IMG/VR virus record: IMGVR_UViG_3300027715_000010 | Coordinates: 30,379 to 94,378 of that record | Origin: a virus | Taxonomy: Duplodnaviria > Caudoviricetes | Strand: one strand, 5' to 3' | DNA length: 64,000 nt | Shown here: positions 1 through 9,197 of the stretch, piece by piece | How the letters are laid out: the number at the start of each line of letters is the position of its first letter | Numbering within the stretch: position 1 is the first letter of the stretch | Position numbers and translations under genes: made by a program | The notes under the pieces: model-generated | What the model was told of the DNA's origin: nothing | The model's database searches: none | What the model saw: only the letters and a program-made list of their open reading frames with translations

Positions 1-507
1 ACCTTCCATCAATCCTTCAACCAAAGCACTTGGAGCTGATGGATCTGATACGATATCTACAGTAACTAGATGAAAGTCATCTTGCACTTCTGCGGCACCA
101 TTGTTTAACATTTTAATGGAACCTAAACCTCTTGAAGACACACCTAATTGAATACCTTCTTTAATAAGAGCCTTTACTAACTGACCGTTGGCAGTATCTA
201 ATATCTTTGCACGACCTACGATATCATCACCACTAAACTCTAATGCTTCAATTAAATGAGAAGCACGGTCTAATTGGATATTTGGTGAGTCACTATGCTC
301 TAATTCACCTAATGCTCTACGTGTTGCAATCATATCTTTAGAAAAACGAGCTACCTCATTTTCCATAATCTCTTTTGGATAGATACGACCATTTTGGTTC
401 TTTATGTTTGATTGCATAAAAATACCTTCAATAAAGAACTTCTTCTCGCCGTTCTCTTCTCTATTAAGTGTATTTACGTTTTGCTTAAACTCTTTAAGAA
501 GCTTCAT
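1..507 (-). CDS. gp21: Prohead core protease gp21 (runs off window edge)
   Basis: Not in ORF track; manual translation from ATG 507: MKLLKEF...FFIEGIFMQSNIKNQNGRIYPKE...ALGELEH...GVSSRGLGS...DIVSDPSAP, which are hallmark gp21 motifs; downstream of portal. Confidence 0.95.
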   Translation of the reverse strand, partial: MKLLKEFKQNVNTLNREENGEKKFFIEGIFMQSNIKNQNGRIYPKEIMENEVARFSKDMIATRRALGELEHSDSPNIQLDRASHLIEALEFSGDDIVGRAKILDTANGQLVKALIKEGIQLGVSSRGLGSIKMLNNGAAEVQDDFHLVTVDIVSDPSAPSALVEGLMEG

Positions 508-637
508 TTGTAATATCCTTTAGAAGATTATCCGATACTTGCATTCTTATATTATCAATCTCAGATAATGCTCTATTTGCTAATTCTTTAGTAACTAAAC
601 TATTGTCGGGATTTTGTCCCTTAAATACTTGTTTCAT
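494..637 (-). CDS. Small prohead core protein (gp67/gp68-like), 47 aa
   Basis: Manual ORF MKQVFKGQNPDNSLVTKELANRALSEIDNIRMQVSDNLLKDITNEAS, directly after the late promoter at 643-650, between portal and gp21. Confidence 0.6.
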   Translation of the reverse strand: MKQVFKGQNPDNSLVTKELANRALSEIDNIRMQVSDNLLKDITNEAS

Positions 638-642
638 AATAG

Positions 643-650
643 TATTTATA
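643..650 (-). promoter_or_regulatory. T4-type late promoter TATAAATA
   Basis: Exact consensus upstream of prohead core/gp21 genes. Confidence 0.8.
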
Positions 651-666
651 TTATCCATAATCTCAC

Positions 667-855
667 CTATTTTTGAAATGGTTTCTTTGTAGGAATATCA
701 AACGTGCCAAAGTCTTTCATTAAACTTTCTGCAGCTTGAGAACGTATAGAATTAATAGTATCTATACTTTTCTGTGCCATAACTTTGTTTACGTTATCTT
801 CTAACGATACTAGATTCTCATTAGCACAATAACTAACAATTTTACTTAGATCCAT
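667..855 (-). CDS. Prohead core protein (gp67-like)
   Basis: 62-aa helical ORF immediately after portal, at the T4 gp67 position. Confidence 0.6.
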   Translation of the reverse strand: MDLSKIVSYCANENLVSLEDNVNKVMAQKSIDTINSIRSQAAESLMKDFGTFDIPTKKPFQK

Positions 856-2461
856 TTATCTCTCCTATAATCTTTTCTATTTCATCCGTTTGGTCTTCTG
901 TATTACCTAAATCTTCTGCCGCAGTAGGACTTGCAAGATCTTCCTCAGCGTCATTGGTATCTTGTATTAAAAGATCGTCCTTAGCATTCAATTTTAGAAT
1001 CTGTGTCTTTACATATTCCTCGGTGAAGTATTTACCAATATATGGCTGAACGTGCTCTAATAAGGCAATACGATTGGTTAGAATTTCAGCATCCTTTAGT
1101 TCTTCAAAATATGAATTGGTATTGAACTTAATTACCATTGTATTCTGTAAATCTTCCCAGTCTTCTGGATCTATAACACCAGTAATCAATAGTTGGGTTC
1201 TTAGTAAATCGTGAAAGATCTTAGCAAAACGACTTTGTAAACGATCTATCATCTTACCAAACTTGATTTCGTCACGGGTTATCTCAGATGCTTTACCAAG
1301 ACTAAATCCATTTTCTGGATTGATTCTGCTCAATGGAACGTTTAATGCGCGATACATATTCTTTTGGAAGTAGATCACATCATCTAAATTTCCAAGATTC
1401 TGCCCACCAGTTAGCTGAGCAACCTCCGTAGAATTCTTACCGTTTCTGCGACTTAACCAGATATCCTCTTGCATACTCATAACTTGTGGTTGCTCTTTGG
1501 TCTGCCCGGTTGAAGCATCGTAAAGCATCTTATTGCGATACTTATGGATTAAGCTTTGAATATATTGCTCTGCTTTAAGTTTTGGTAGATTCTCAACATC
1601 AATGTAAAATACACGACGTTCTGGTGCCCTTGTAATACGATAGATAACCAGTGAGTCTTCCATCATTCTCATTTGGTTAATAGGTTTAATCGCTTTATGT
1701 AAATAACTAATAGGAAACTTTTTAATTTCTGTTGAAGTGCCAGGAGTACTAATCTGCACGTTCTTAACTTCAAAGTATGAATATAAACCAGAAGTTGCAT
1801 AAGCTACACTTTCTATTGGTAGCATAATACCTTGCGCTTGTGAAGCTAAAGCATTGGTTGCATAAACAAAATGCTCATTGATAGTTTCAAAAACAGTCAT
1901 ACCGTCTTGCTGACGTTCTGTCTGATAGGTAGCAACTTTACGAATATCGTATGGTGATATTGGTCTGACTTCAACAATACCATCTTTTAAGTTTTCTTTA
2001 TTCGTGATAATCTGAAAGTAAATACGGCCATCTACGTAAAACTGTCTAAAGTAATCATATCCATCAACGTTGAACTTCATAAGCTTTAGAATATGGTCAA
2101 AAGCTTCGTGGATCTTCTGTTTTACTTCTTCTGAATACTTTTCTTTATCTAGGTAATCTAATATAAGATGTATTGGGTAAACATCTTCGTCTTTTACAAT
2201 AGCTTCGCAAACAATATCATCTATAGCATTGTCTACTTCTGGATGCGAAGTTAACTCACGATAAGTTCTAATTAACTGGGATTCTGAGTCATTTTGAGGA
2301 TTGAAAGTTAGTGTATAACCAATAAAGCCAGCAGCCATATTGCTATTATCAATAACATAAGAAGCATCCGTTGTTGGAGCAACTACAGATGGGTACTTCT
2401 TATCATCTATAAATCTTTCACCATTTTTATTGAATAACTTAAAACCTTGCCAACTTGCCAC
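842..2461 (-). CDS. gp20: Portal vertex protein gp20
   Basis: HPEVDNAIDDIV, YLHKAIKPINQMRMMED, YRITRAPERRVFYIDV, EITRDEIKF motifs. Confidence 0.98.
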   Translation of the reverse strand: MASWQGFKLFNKNGERFIDDKKYPSVVAPTTDASYVIDNSNMAAGFIGYTLTFNPQNDSESQLIRTYRELTSHPEVDNAIDDIVCEAIVKDEDVYPIHLILDYLDKEKYSEEVKQKIHEAFDHILKLMKFNVDGYDYFRQFYVDGRIYFQIITNKENLKDGIVEVRPISPYDIRKVATYQTERQQDGMTVFETINEHFVYATNALASQAQGIMLPIESVAYATSGLYSYFEVKNVQISTPGTSTEIKKFPISYLHKAIKPINQMRMMEDSLVIYRITRAPERRVFYIDVENLPKLKAEQYIQSLIHKYRNKMLYDASTGQTKEQPQVMSMQEDIWLSRRNGKNSTEVAQLTGGQNLGNLDDVIYFQKNMYRALNVPLSRINPENGFSLGKASEITRDEIKFGKMIDRLQSRFAKIFHDLLRTQLLITGVIDPEDWEDLQNTMVIKFNTNSYFEELKDAEILTNRIALLEHVQPYIGKYFTEEYVKTQILKLNAKDDLLIQDTNDAEEDLASPTAAEDLGNTEDQTDEIEKIIGEINGSK

Positions 2462-2499
2462 GATTTCTCTCCATTAAAGAATTTGTATTATCATAATGT

Positions 2500-2507
2500 T
2501 ATTTATA
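2500..2507 (-). promoter_or_regulatory. Late promoter TATAAATA for gp20
   Basis: Exact consensus about 40 nt upstream of portal start. Confidence 0.8.
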
Positions 2508-2510
2508 AGA

Positions 2511-2530
2511 GGAGGATCCGAAGATCCTCC
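2511..2530 (-). terminator. UUCG-tetraloop hairpin (terminator or stability element)
   Basis: GGAGGATC-TTCG-GATCCTCC on the minus strand; C(UUCG)G intergenic hairpins are typical of T4. Confidence 0.75.
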
Positions 2531-2537
2531 ATTAGTT

Positions 2538-3428
2538 CTAAGCCTCTACGTAATAGTATTCTTGGTCTATATTACCAGTTTTTTCAATTTCTTTATTCTT
2601 CTGGTCTACAAACTTTTGAGCATCTGCTTTATTAGGAAAGGTTTTGACTACTGTTTCTTTACCATCTTCATTGTGATAAAATACAGCAGCTACAGTTCCT
2701 TCGTTAAGTTTAGATTCCAGAAACTTATTGCTTGGCAATAACTTCTTTAATTGATTAAATACTTCTTTATTACCACTGATAAACTCAATAGATCTTATGG
2801 CAAAGTGGTCTTTAAACTTATTGACTGTTGCTTCAACTGGTTTTTGCATATATATTTTAAGAAAACCAGCATCTGCAGTTTTATCAACACCAGACGTTGA
2901 ATAGTATTTACGTAAAAAATTCTTTACAGCTTCTTTATCTTCAGTAAAGTTAAGTCTAATAAGTGCAAATTCTTCTAAACCTTCTTTCAGATTCTTACCT
3001 AATAACTGTAATAATCCACCAACTGCGATGTAGCAATCAGACTTAATCTTAGCAACTGCTTTCTTAGCATCTGCAGATTCTGGTCTATCTTGAAACATAC
3101 CAAGGAATCTTTGGATATCAGTAATATGTTTCATTACTTCCATAACAGATTCTTTTAGTTGCTCATTGGTCATTGTTTTATATTTTACTTTAATGGTAGT
3201 CATAAAATCCATAACTTCATCAAAGTGTCTCATCATTGCGAATACTTCGGATATTGTATTATATTTAGCAAGAACCGAAGCAGACTTATCTAAAACTGGT
3301 TCTGCTTGGTGTGCAATCTTATCCCAAGAATCGGCATTCTTCTCTATATAATCTTTGGTGCTTTGTACTAACTCAGCTTCCTTGATTATACTTTTATTTT
3401 CTTTTATAAATTGTGTAAATCTCTTCAT
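2538..3428 (-). CDS. Hypothetical protein, probable internal head protein
   Basis: N-terminus MKRFTQFIKE resembles the T4 IP capsid-targeting sequence (MKTYQEFIAE); inserted between gp19 and gp20. Confidence 0.55.
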   Translation of the reverse strand: MKRFTQFIKENKSIIKEAELVQSTKDYIEKNADSWDKIAHQAEPVLDKSASVLAKYNTISEVFAMMRHFDEVMDFMTTIKVKYKTMTNEQLKESVMEVMKHITDIQRFLGMFQDRPESADAKKAVAKIKSDCYIAVGGLLQLLGKNLKEGLEEFALIRLNFTEDKEAVKNFLRKYYSTSGVDKTADAGFLKIYMQKPVEATVNKFKDHFAIRSIEFISGNKEVFNQLKKLLPSNKFLESKLNEGTVAAVFYHNEDGKETVVKTFPNKADAQKFVDQKNKEIEKTGNIDQEYYYVEA

Positions 3429-3448
3429 TTTAGTACTCTTGCATAGTT

Positions 3449-3470
3449 GGGAGGATCCGAAGACCCTCCC
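3449..3470 (-). terminator. UUCG-tetraloop hairpin after gp19
   Basis: GGGAGGGTC-TTCG-GATCCTCCC; near copy of the 2511-2530 hairpin; no U-tract follows. Confidence 0.65.
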
Positions 3471-3479
3471 GATTTATTA

Positions 3480-4016
3480 TTAATTTATATCGTTAGTTGT
3501 AAAATGAGTAGCTTGGAACTTTACATCAAATTCCTCTACTTTATCCACATCATTCCAATTCAACTTAACAGTGCCGATATCACTTGGCCAAGCATTATGA
3601 ATTGTATAAGTTCTAATAATCGTAGAACCATCTACATCTAATTGCTGTACCGTGAGATCTTGCCAGTGCCCTTGTTTTACATCACCAGGGATTCTAGCAT
3701 TATCTGTGAAGGACATTAAGCCATTTTGCCATTGCTCAAAAGCTTTACGAACTTCAAAATCACGATCCAAACGAACACCAACTGACCACTCAATAGAAGG
3801 TCTATCACCAGGTATTGCAATCTTACGACCCATATACTCAACCGTGGTAATACCAGTGGTTAAAGTTGGAAGGTCTGTACTATTACAATAGAAAATAGAT
3901 GACGTTGTTGGAACGGTCACGTAAGAAGGAAATGATAATTGTACACGAAAACGATTTGACCTTGCACCACCTTTAAACTGTGCAATAAAATCGTTTATAT
4001 TTGTATTACTAGCCAT
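3480..4016 (-). CDS. gp19: Tail tube protein gp19
   Basis: GGARSNRFRV, YMGRKIAIPGDR, WPSDIG; follows sheath gene. Confidence 0.96.
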   Translation of the reverse strand: MASNTNINDFIAQFKGGARSNRFRVQLSFPSYVTVPTTSSIFYCNSTDLPTLTTGITTVEYMGRKIAIPGDRPSIEWSVGVRLDRDFEVRKAFEQWQNGLMSFTDNARIPGDVKQGHWQDLTVQQLDVDGSTIIRTYTIHNAWPSDIGTVKLNWNDVDKVEEFDVKFQATHFTTNDIN

Positions 4017-4027
4017 AATTTATCTCC

Positions 4028-5653
4028 TTAAGCTACTATTTCTTCAAAAGATACACCAGTACGGGTAGCAATGAAGTTTAGTTTAATAAAGTTGATTGAA
4101 CGAGTTGGCTTAATAAACAAATTAGCAACGAATTCATTACGATCTATAACTTCACCAGTATTATTGGTTTCATCGCATATTACGAGATAATCAACAACAC
4201 CTCTACGACCTTGAACATCTCTTAAGAAAGGTTCTACCGTATTTATAAATGAGCGTCTTGTTATTTCGTCATTGAACTCAAACAACACATATTTTGAAGC
4301 TATCGCGATTGATTTTTCTAATGTAATAAATAACATTCTTACATTGATACGGTCAAAAGCACTAGGTTTTGTTTGTAATGTTTTATCTCCATATAGTATA
4401 GCACCTTCATTAGGGAAGATAACACAAGGATTGATTTGTGATTTGTATAATTCATCTCTTGTAGTCTGTGCTTGTGTATATGCAAACTTAACAACGTTCT
4501 TAATACGACCACGATTTAGACCTGCTGGACTAAACCAAGCATCTACATCGTTAGAAGTTTTTGCCATTAAACCAGCAATATCACCATTGAGTGGAACCCA
4601 ACGATAAGTATCTGCATAACGATCGTATTGATATTTCCAAGTACTATCCATAAATGCATAGTTAGAATTACCATATACGGTTCTTGTCGCTTTTACATTG
4701 GTTAAAATTGTACTAATAACACTTACGTTTACGCAGTCTGTCTTAGCAGGTGATACGAAAACAACGCAATCTTTTCTTACTTCTGCGATATTATCAATTA
4801 CCCATTTACCAACTGTAGAAGATGCACCACCAACAAATAAGGTAGTTACGTCAACATCTTCAACTGATTGGAATAATGCCCAACCAGCTTCTAAGTCTGC
4901 ATTAGCTGCAGTAGCACCATTGGCACCACCTGCTAAAGTTACCCCAGAAGAAGCACCAGTTAACAATGAAGCTTTAGCAACATTGATATATGCTGAGTTA
5001 GTTTTTAATCTTTCAACTACATAATTTGTAGAACCATCAAAGCGTTTTGCTGTAGATGTTAAAGAAACATCGTCAAAAGTTTCTAATACGGTTCCAGCAG
5101 TACCAGTGATATTACCCAAAACATCAACTACTACAATATGGAATTGTGAAGCATCTGGAGCACTATCAAATAGGTCTCTATATGCCCAAGTATAATCACC
5201 AGAACTATCTACTACATCAAATCCAGCAGTATCGCACCAAGCAACTTGAATAGAATTACCTAGAGCACCTGGATATTTTGCAATCCAAAGATCTGTTGAT
5301 GTACTAAACGAAGTATTTTCATATTCGTCTTGATTTTTAATTAGTTGACCAGTAGTGCCAGCTGAAGCAGATGCCGTAGCATTCAAAGCACCAGTTCCTA
5401 CTACGCGCACTAATTTAAGATTAGTAGCATAAGCTAAGAAACTAGCTGCTGCAAACCAACCTTCATAATTTGAACTTCCTGGTTTACCGAATTGAGAAAC
5501 GAGGTTTTGCTCGCTATCAATCGTTGTGATAACATCTACAGGTCCCCAAGCAGCTTCCAATACTGTACCACCATTAGAGGTAGCGACAGCTGGAACGTAA
5601 GCTGATTGGTCTGTTTCTGTTACTAAAACACCAGGAGATAATTGTGTAACCAT
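4028..5653 (-). CDS. gp18: Tail sheath protein gp18
   Basis: LSPGVLVTETD, WFSPAGLNRG, FDRINVRMLF, IKPTRSINFIKLNF. Confidence 0.98.
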   Translation of the reverse strand: MVTQLSPGVLVTETDQSAYVPAVATSNGGTVLEAAWGPVDVITTIDSEQNLVSQFGKPGSSNYEGWFAAASFLAYATNLKLVRVVGTGALNATASASAGTTGQLIKNQDEYENTSFSTSTDLWIAKYPGALGNSIQVAWCDTAGFDVVDSSGDYTWAYRDLFDSAPDASQFHIVVVDVLGNITGTAGTVLETFDDVSLTSTAKRFDGSTNYVVERLKTNSAYINVAKASLLTGASSGVTLAGGANGATAANADLEAGWALFQSVEDVDVTTLFVGGASSTVGKWVIDNIAEVRKDCVVFVSPAKTDCVNVSVISTILTNVKATRTVYGNSNYAFMDSTWKYQYDRYADTYRWVPLNGDIAGLMAKTSNDVDAWFSPAGLNRGRIKNVVKFAYTQAQTTRDELYKSQINPCVIFPNEGAILYGDKTLQTKPSAFDRINVRMLFITLEKSIAIASKYVLFEFNDEITRRSFINTVEPFLRDVQGRRGVVDYLVICDETNNTGEVIDRNEFVANLFIKPTRSINFIKLNFIATRTGVSFEEIVA

Positions 5654-5746
5654 TTATTTTATGACTCCTTTTTACTTTTGCAAAAGTACCTCATTTCAGA
5701 GGCACAATTTCTTATGATATAGAAAAACTTTATATATCTTCGTCTA

Positions 5747-5754
5747 TATTTATG
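5747..5754 (-). promoter_or_regulatory. Variant late promoter CATAAATA for gp18
   Basis: One mismatch to TATAAATA, about 95 nt upstream of gp18; the leader contains short hairpins. Confidence 0.5.
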
Positions 5755-5772
5755 CTTACTAAAAAATCGGCG

Positions 5773-6927
5773 TTAATTTATTTCCGAAAGCAAAGGCTGC
5801 ATATCACCTTTTTGTAATATATTAATAGCTGCATTATAATCAGCATCCATTTCCACACCACACGAAGAGCACTTATAGTACTCCCCCTTTCTATTGGTTT
5901 TCATTATAACCCCACAACACGAGCATCTTTGGCTTGTATATGCTGGAGCAACCTTAGTAACCTGGAAACCTTCCATTTCACTAAGGAAACCTAATTTTTC
6001 TAATACTTGTCTATAAGACCAGTATTGCATTTTATTCATAAGATTTGTAGATAACTTAGTATTATTCTTAACTAATTTAAGATCTTCTACATATAATGTA
6101 TGTAATTCTGTATCACTTACTAATTTCTTGCATAATCTATTAATTTCATCTGTTTTATATTTAAGTAGTTTTTCATATCTTCTACTACCTCTTTGCTTCT
6201 TTGCAATTCTATTATAAAGATCTTTTAATTCTTTGCCATAGAATTCACCTTCAGAAGTACTAATTAACTTATTATAACCTATATCAATTCCTATCTTTTT
6301 ACCAGTAGTCTTCTTATCTGGTGTTTTACATTCCCAAAAATAGTTGACATAATACTTACCATTTTTATTTGATAGTCGTACGGTATTCTTTCTTTTACAA
6401 TTATTATACTTTTTCATATAGTTATATAATTGTACAGGAAATTTTATAGATTTAGAATATGGGGTTTTAATAAGAAGAAAATTATTTTGTATATTAAAAA
6501 CTCTAGAATCCAAGCTTATATTGATATTCTTTAGATTTATTTTAATTCTTTTCTTATAGTTTATATTTAATTCTTTAAAGTGTTTTGAGGTAAACTTATA
6601 TTGTCTACCATTTTTTAAGAAGTAACTATATACCTTCTTGTATCTTTTAAAGGTTCTATTCCTAGTATAGTTTATATTAGATCTAACAATTTCAGAAGCT
6701 TGCTTGTATATTATCTGCTTCCAACCAGAATGATGTATAGTATAACCTGGTAGTAAAGGTGAAGATAATAATGATTTTAATGGTATTTTTTCTTCTAATA
6801 TATCTTGGATATACATTCTTAGTTGATTCTCATAGTCAATAAAAATACAATCTAGCATTTCTATTTTACCAGTGTTAGATAACATTAGACTATGTTTAGA
6901 AGTTCTTATATAAATACCGTCAGACAA
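5773..6927 (-). CDS. tnpB: TnpB-family (IS200/IS605-type, Cas12-related) RNA-guided nuclease, no TnpA
   Basis: RuvC I GIDIG, RuvC II VEDL, zinc finger CSCCG...CSSCG, RuvC III DADYNAAINI; PAYTSQRC motif. Confidence 0.93.
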   Translation of the reverse strand: MSDGIYIRTSKHSLMLSNTGKIEMLDCIFIDYENQLRMYIQDILEEKIPLKSLLSSPLLPGYTIHHSGWKQIIYKQASEIVRSNINYTRNRTFKRYKKVYSYFLKNGRQYKFTSKHFKELNINYKKRIKINLKNINISLDSRVFNIQNNFLLIKTPYSKSIKFPVQLYNYMKKYNNCKRKNTVRLSNKNGKYYVNYFWECKTPDKKTTGKKIGIDIGYNKLISTSEGEFYGKELKDLYNRIAKKQRGSRRYEKLLKYKTDEINRLCKKLVSDTELHTLYVEDLKLVKNNTKLSTNLMNKMQYWSYRQVLEKLGFLSEMEGFQVTKVAPAYTSQRCSCCGVIMKTNRKGEYYKCSSCGVEMDADYNAAINILQKGDMQPLLSEIN

Positions 6928-6956
6928 ATCAATAGTTCCTTTATTGGTGTTGTTTA

Positions 6957-6989
6957 GAGGGTATAGATTCGTCCAGAATCTTTATCCTC
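6957..6989. repeat. Imperfect inverted repeat upstream of tnpB (candidate left-end hairpin)
   Basis: GAGGGTATAGATTC-GTCCA-GAATCTTTATCCTC. Confidence 0.45.
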
Positions 6990-6995
6990 GTATAG

Positions 6996-7003
6996 TATTT
7001 ATA
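6996..7003 (-). promoter_or_regulatory. Late promoter TATAAATA upstream of tnpB
   Basis: Exact consensus about 70 nt before the tnpB start. Confidence 0.7.
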
Positions 7004-7039
7004 ATATCTAAAAAATCACAATATCCCAAGTTTATAAAG

Positions 7040-7111
7040 TCGGTGGCCAAGTAAACGGAGGGGAAGACCTAGCCACCGTAGAATATAGCACCGGAGGAGA
7101 AAAGTGCTATA
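7040..7111 (-). ncRNA. Candidate two-hairpin small RNA with CCUCCG loops
   Basis: TATAGCAC/GTGCTATA stem with loop TTTTCTCCTCCG; 12-bp CGGTGGCTAGGT/ACTTGGCCACCG stem with loop CTTCCCCTCCGTTT; starts right after TATAAATA at 7116-7123; the G-U pairs work only on the minus strand. Confidence 0.6.
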
Positions 7112-7115
7112 ATAC

Positions 7116-7123
7116 TATTTATA
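7116..7123 (-). promoter_or_regulatory. Late promoter TATAAATA overlapping gp17 stop
   Basis: Exact consensus; no ORF follows, only the two hairpins. Confidence 0.7.
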
Positions 7124-8696
7124 TTATCAATGAAGTATCATTATACAATCTATTAGTATCTTTATCTTCTACCCCATTATCAATATAAGTTACTGGCATA
7201 AAGTCATCAAAGTTAGTATTGATAGTGTTTCTAAAACTAAGATCCGTCATATCCTTGAAATCATCTTTTGAAGAGAACCAGGCGAATAGAACTAGACCCA
7301 TTACCAAGTCGTCGTGGTGTCCATCATCTGCACAATAGGTATAACCATATCTAATAAAGTTGTTTAGTTCTGTTATGGTATTTTCATCGGTTAGAATTAA
7401 CTTATCTTGCTCTATTAGTTCCTTTAGATTTATACAACCAATCTTCTTTACGTTCTTATTGGTTCTAATACCCATTACACCTTTTTCCGTAAAGATTATA
7501 TTTTCATATTCACACTCGTGTAAAAGTATATGCCCAACCTCTTGTCCAACCGAATTGGTCTCTAATAATACATAAGCATTATTGAACTTTCTGGCAACTT
7601 CATAGATAACATCTGGAAACTGTAAATAACTCATTGTATTATCATAAAAAGTTGCAACCTGACGCATCGGGAACTCTGTAATATCTATCACACTAAACGC
7701 ATTATAGTCCTGTCCTTTACCCTCTGAGCAATCCACGGTTAGCATATAAACATTACTTTTTTTGCTTTCTTCATCTGTCTTAGGGTATTCATATACACGA
7801 AGACCATCTTTCTGATACTCTGGTTTACCATTTACCAAATTACGTAGTTTAGTTGCAGATATCAATGTATCACAAGATCCAAGAAAAGCATTATTGTATT
7901 CTTGCTCAAACTTATCTAAGGACATCGTTTTAAGCATCTTTTCTTTCCAGGCGTCATCTCTACCAGGAACGTCCCAATAGTTAACCTTAATTGGACAGAA
8001 TAAAGAATTACCTTGCTCGGCATCCGTCCACATCTGATAAAAATGATTAAGTCCATTTGGTGTAGATGATATAATAATCTTTGAATTCTTACCAGATGAG
8101 ATAGTAGGGAATACGGAACTTATAAACTCTTGAGCTAAGTCATTGGAAATAAAAGAGAACTCATCAAGGAGCACACTTGAGATTGAACGCCCACGCACTG
8201 CGGAAGCACTTGTAGCACTTGCAGTAATCTTAGAACCATTTTCCAGCTCAATAGAACTCTTATTCCATTCCACGATACCGATCTGCATCCAGAAAGGTAG
8301 ATTTTCATACATCAGTTTAATACGTCCAAGCAGTTCCAATGCGATTGCGTGTTTATTGGCAAGGATTGCGCATTCGTGATAATCATTGAATATAACTGCG
8401 TGTAATAGATAAATCAGACCACTGGTAGACTTACCAGTTTGTCTTGGGGATAGAACTATCGTAAATCTGTTATCGTAGTAACTCTGGACAAGTCTTTCTT
8501 GGTATGGATAAAGATTGATATTCATTAGACCCTTATCCAGGTTAATAATCTTTACATAATTATTAGCAAAGTACTTAATATCAGTTTTACACCTGATAAG
8601 TTCGTCTATTTGCTCTTGAGTAAAGTTAACCTTAACGTTCTCAGCTTTAAGTCTTGGATTGTTAAGATAATACTGTGGACCTTTGAATTCTTTCAT
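7119..8696 (-). CDS. gp17: Terminase large subunit gp17
   Basis: YLNNPRLK, PRQTGKS Walker A, LLDEFSF Walker B, STPNG, HDDLVM nuclease motif. Confidence 0.98.
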   Translation of the reverse strand: MKEFKGPQYYLNNPRLKAENVKVNFTQEQIDELIRCKTDIKYFANNYVKIINLDKGLMNINLYPYQERLVQSYYDNRFTIVLSPRQTGKSTSGLIYLLHAVIFNDYHECAILANKHAIALELLGRIKLMYENLPFWMQIGIVEWNKSSIELENGSKITASATSASAVRGRSISSVLLDEFSFISNDLAQEFISSVFPTISSGKNSKIIISSTPNGLNHFYQMWTDAEQGNSLFCPIKVNYWDVPGRDDAWKEKMLKTMSLDKFEQEYNNAFLGSCDTLISATKLRNLVNGKPEYQKDGLRVYEYPKTDEESKKSNVYMLTVDCSEGKGQDYNAFSVIDITEFPMRQVATFYDNTMSYLQFPDVIYEVARKFNNAYVLLETNSVGQEVGHILLHECEYENIIFTEKGVMGIRTNKNVKKIGCINLKELIEQDKLILTDENTITELNNFIRYGYTYCADDGHHDDLVMGLVLFAWFSSKDDFKDMTDLSFRNTINTNFDDFMPVTYIDNGVEDKDTNRLYNDTSLII

Positions 8697-8712
8697 CCTC
8701 CGTCTCCTACCG

Positions 8713-9183
8713 TTAGACCTTTATATCTTCGGATGTATCTTTCTTTTTATTACCAATCATTTCAAGCACTTCCTTGGTAGATCCAACAAGTAAAGTCTGA
8801 TTGGTTATATTTTGTACAGAACCATTTTCTGGAGTAGGGAACTTGCTGGTAGCATCCTTACGTGTTTTATAAAGTTGTATCAACTTTTCATTGGCAGTTA
8901 CTATCTCTTTCATCATTTTAGTAATCTGCTCATAGATCTTTGGTTCTTGTGTCATAGCTGCAAGTTGCATAAGTTCTTGCATATTTTGATTACCGGTATC
9001 TATCACGTTCTTTAGTTGCTTTCTTGCATAATCAAAGTCATCGTCTATATTACCAGGGGTGGATTCTGGTTCTACATCAATGATTTTCTCTTCCCGTGGT
9101 GTGATATTCATTAGAGGTTTTAGTTCTCTACCGATATCTTCGGCAATATCTAAAACTTGTCCTAACTTTTGGTTTGGTATCAT
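8713..9183 (-). CDS. gp16: Terminase small subunit gp16
   Basis: DDDFDYAR, EPKIYE, LVGSTKE motifs; position before gp17. Confidence 0.9.
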   Translation of the reverse strand: MIPNQKLGQVLDIAEDIGRELKPLMNITPREEKIIDVEPESTPGNIDDDFDYARKQLKNVIDTGNQNMQELMQLAAMTQEPKIYEQITKMMKEIVTANEKLIQLYKTRKDATSKFPTPENGSVQNITNQTLLVGSTKEVLEMIGNKKKDTSEDIKV

Positions 9184-9197
9184 ATAAACTCCGTTTT

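Noticed and set aside
7040-7111. Plus-strand CsrA/RsmA sponge (GGA in loops)
   Set aside because: Stem 2 has A-C mismatches on the plus strand and the adjacent late promoter points leftward. Less likely, not excluded.
5654-7118. CRISPR mini-array beside the Cas12-like gene
   Set aside because: No direct repeat-spacer pattern on either side, so the gene is called TnpB.
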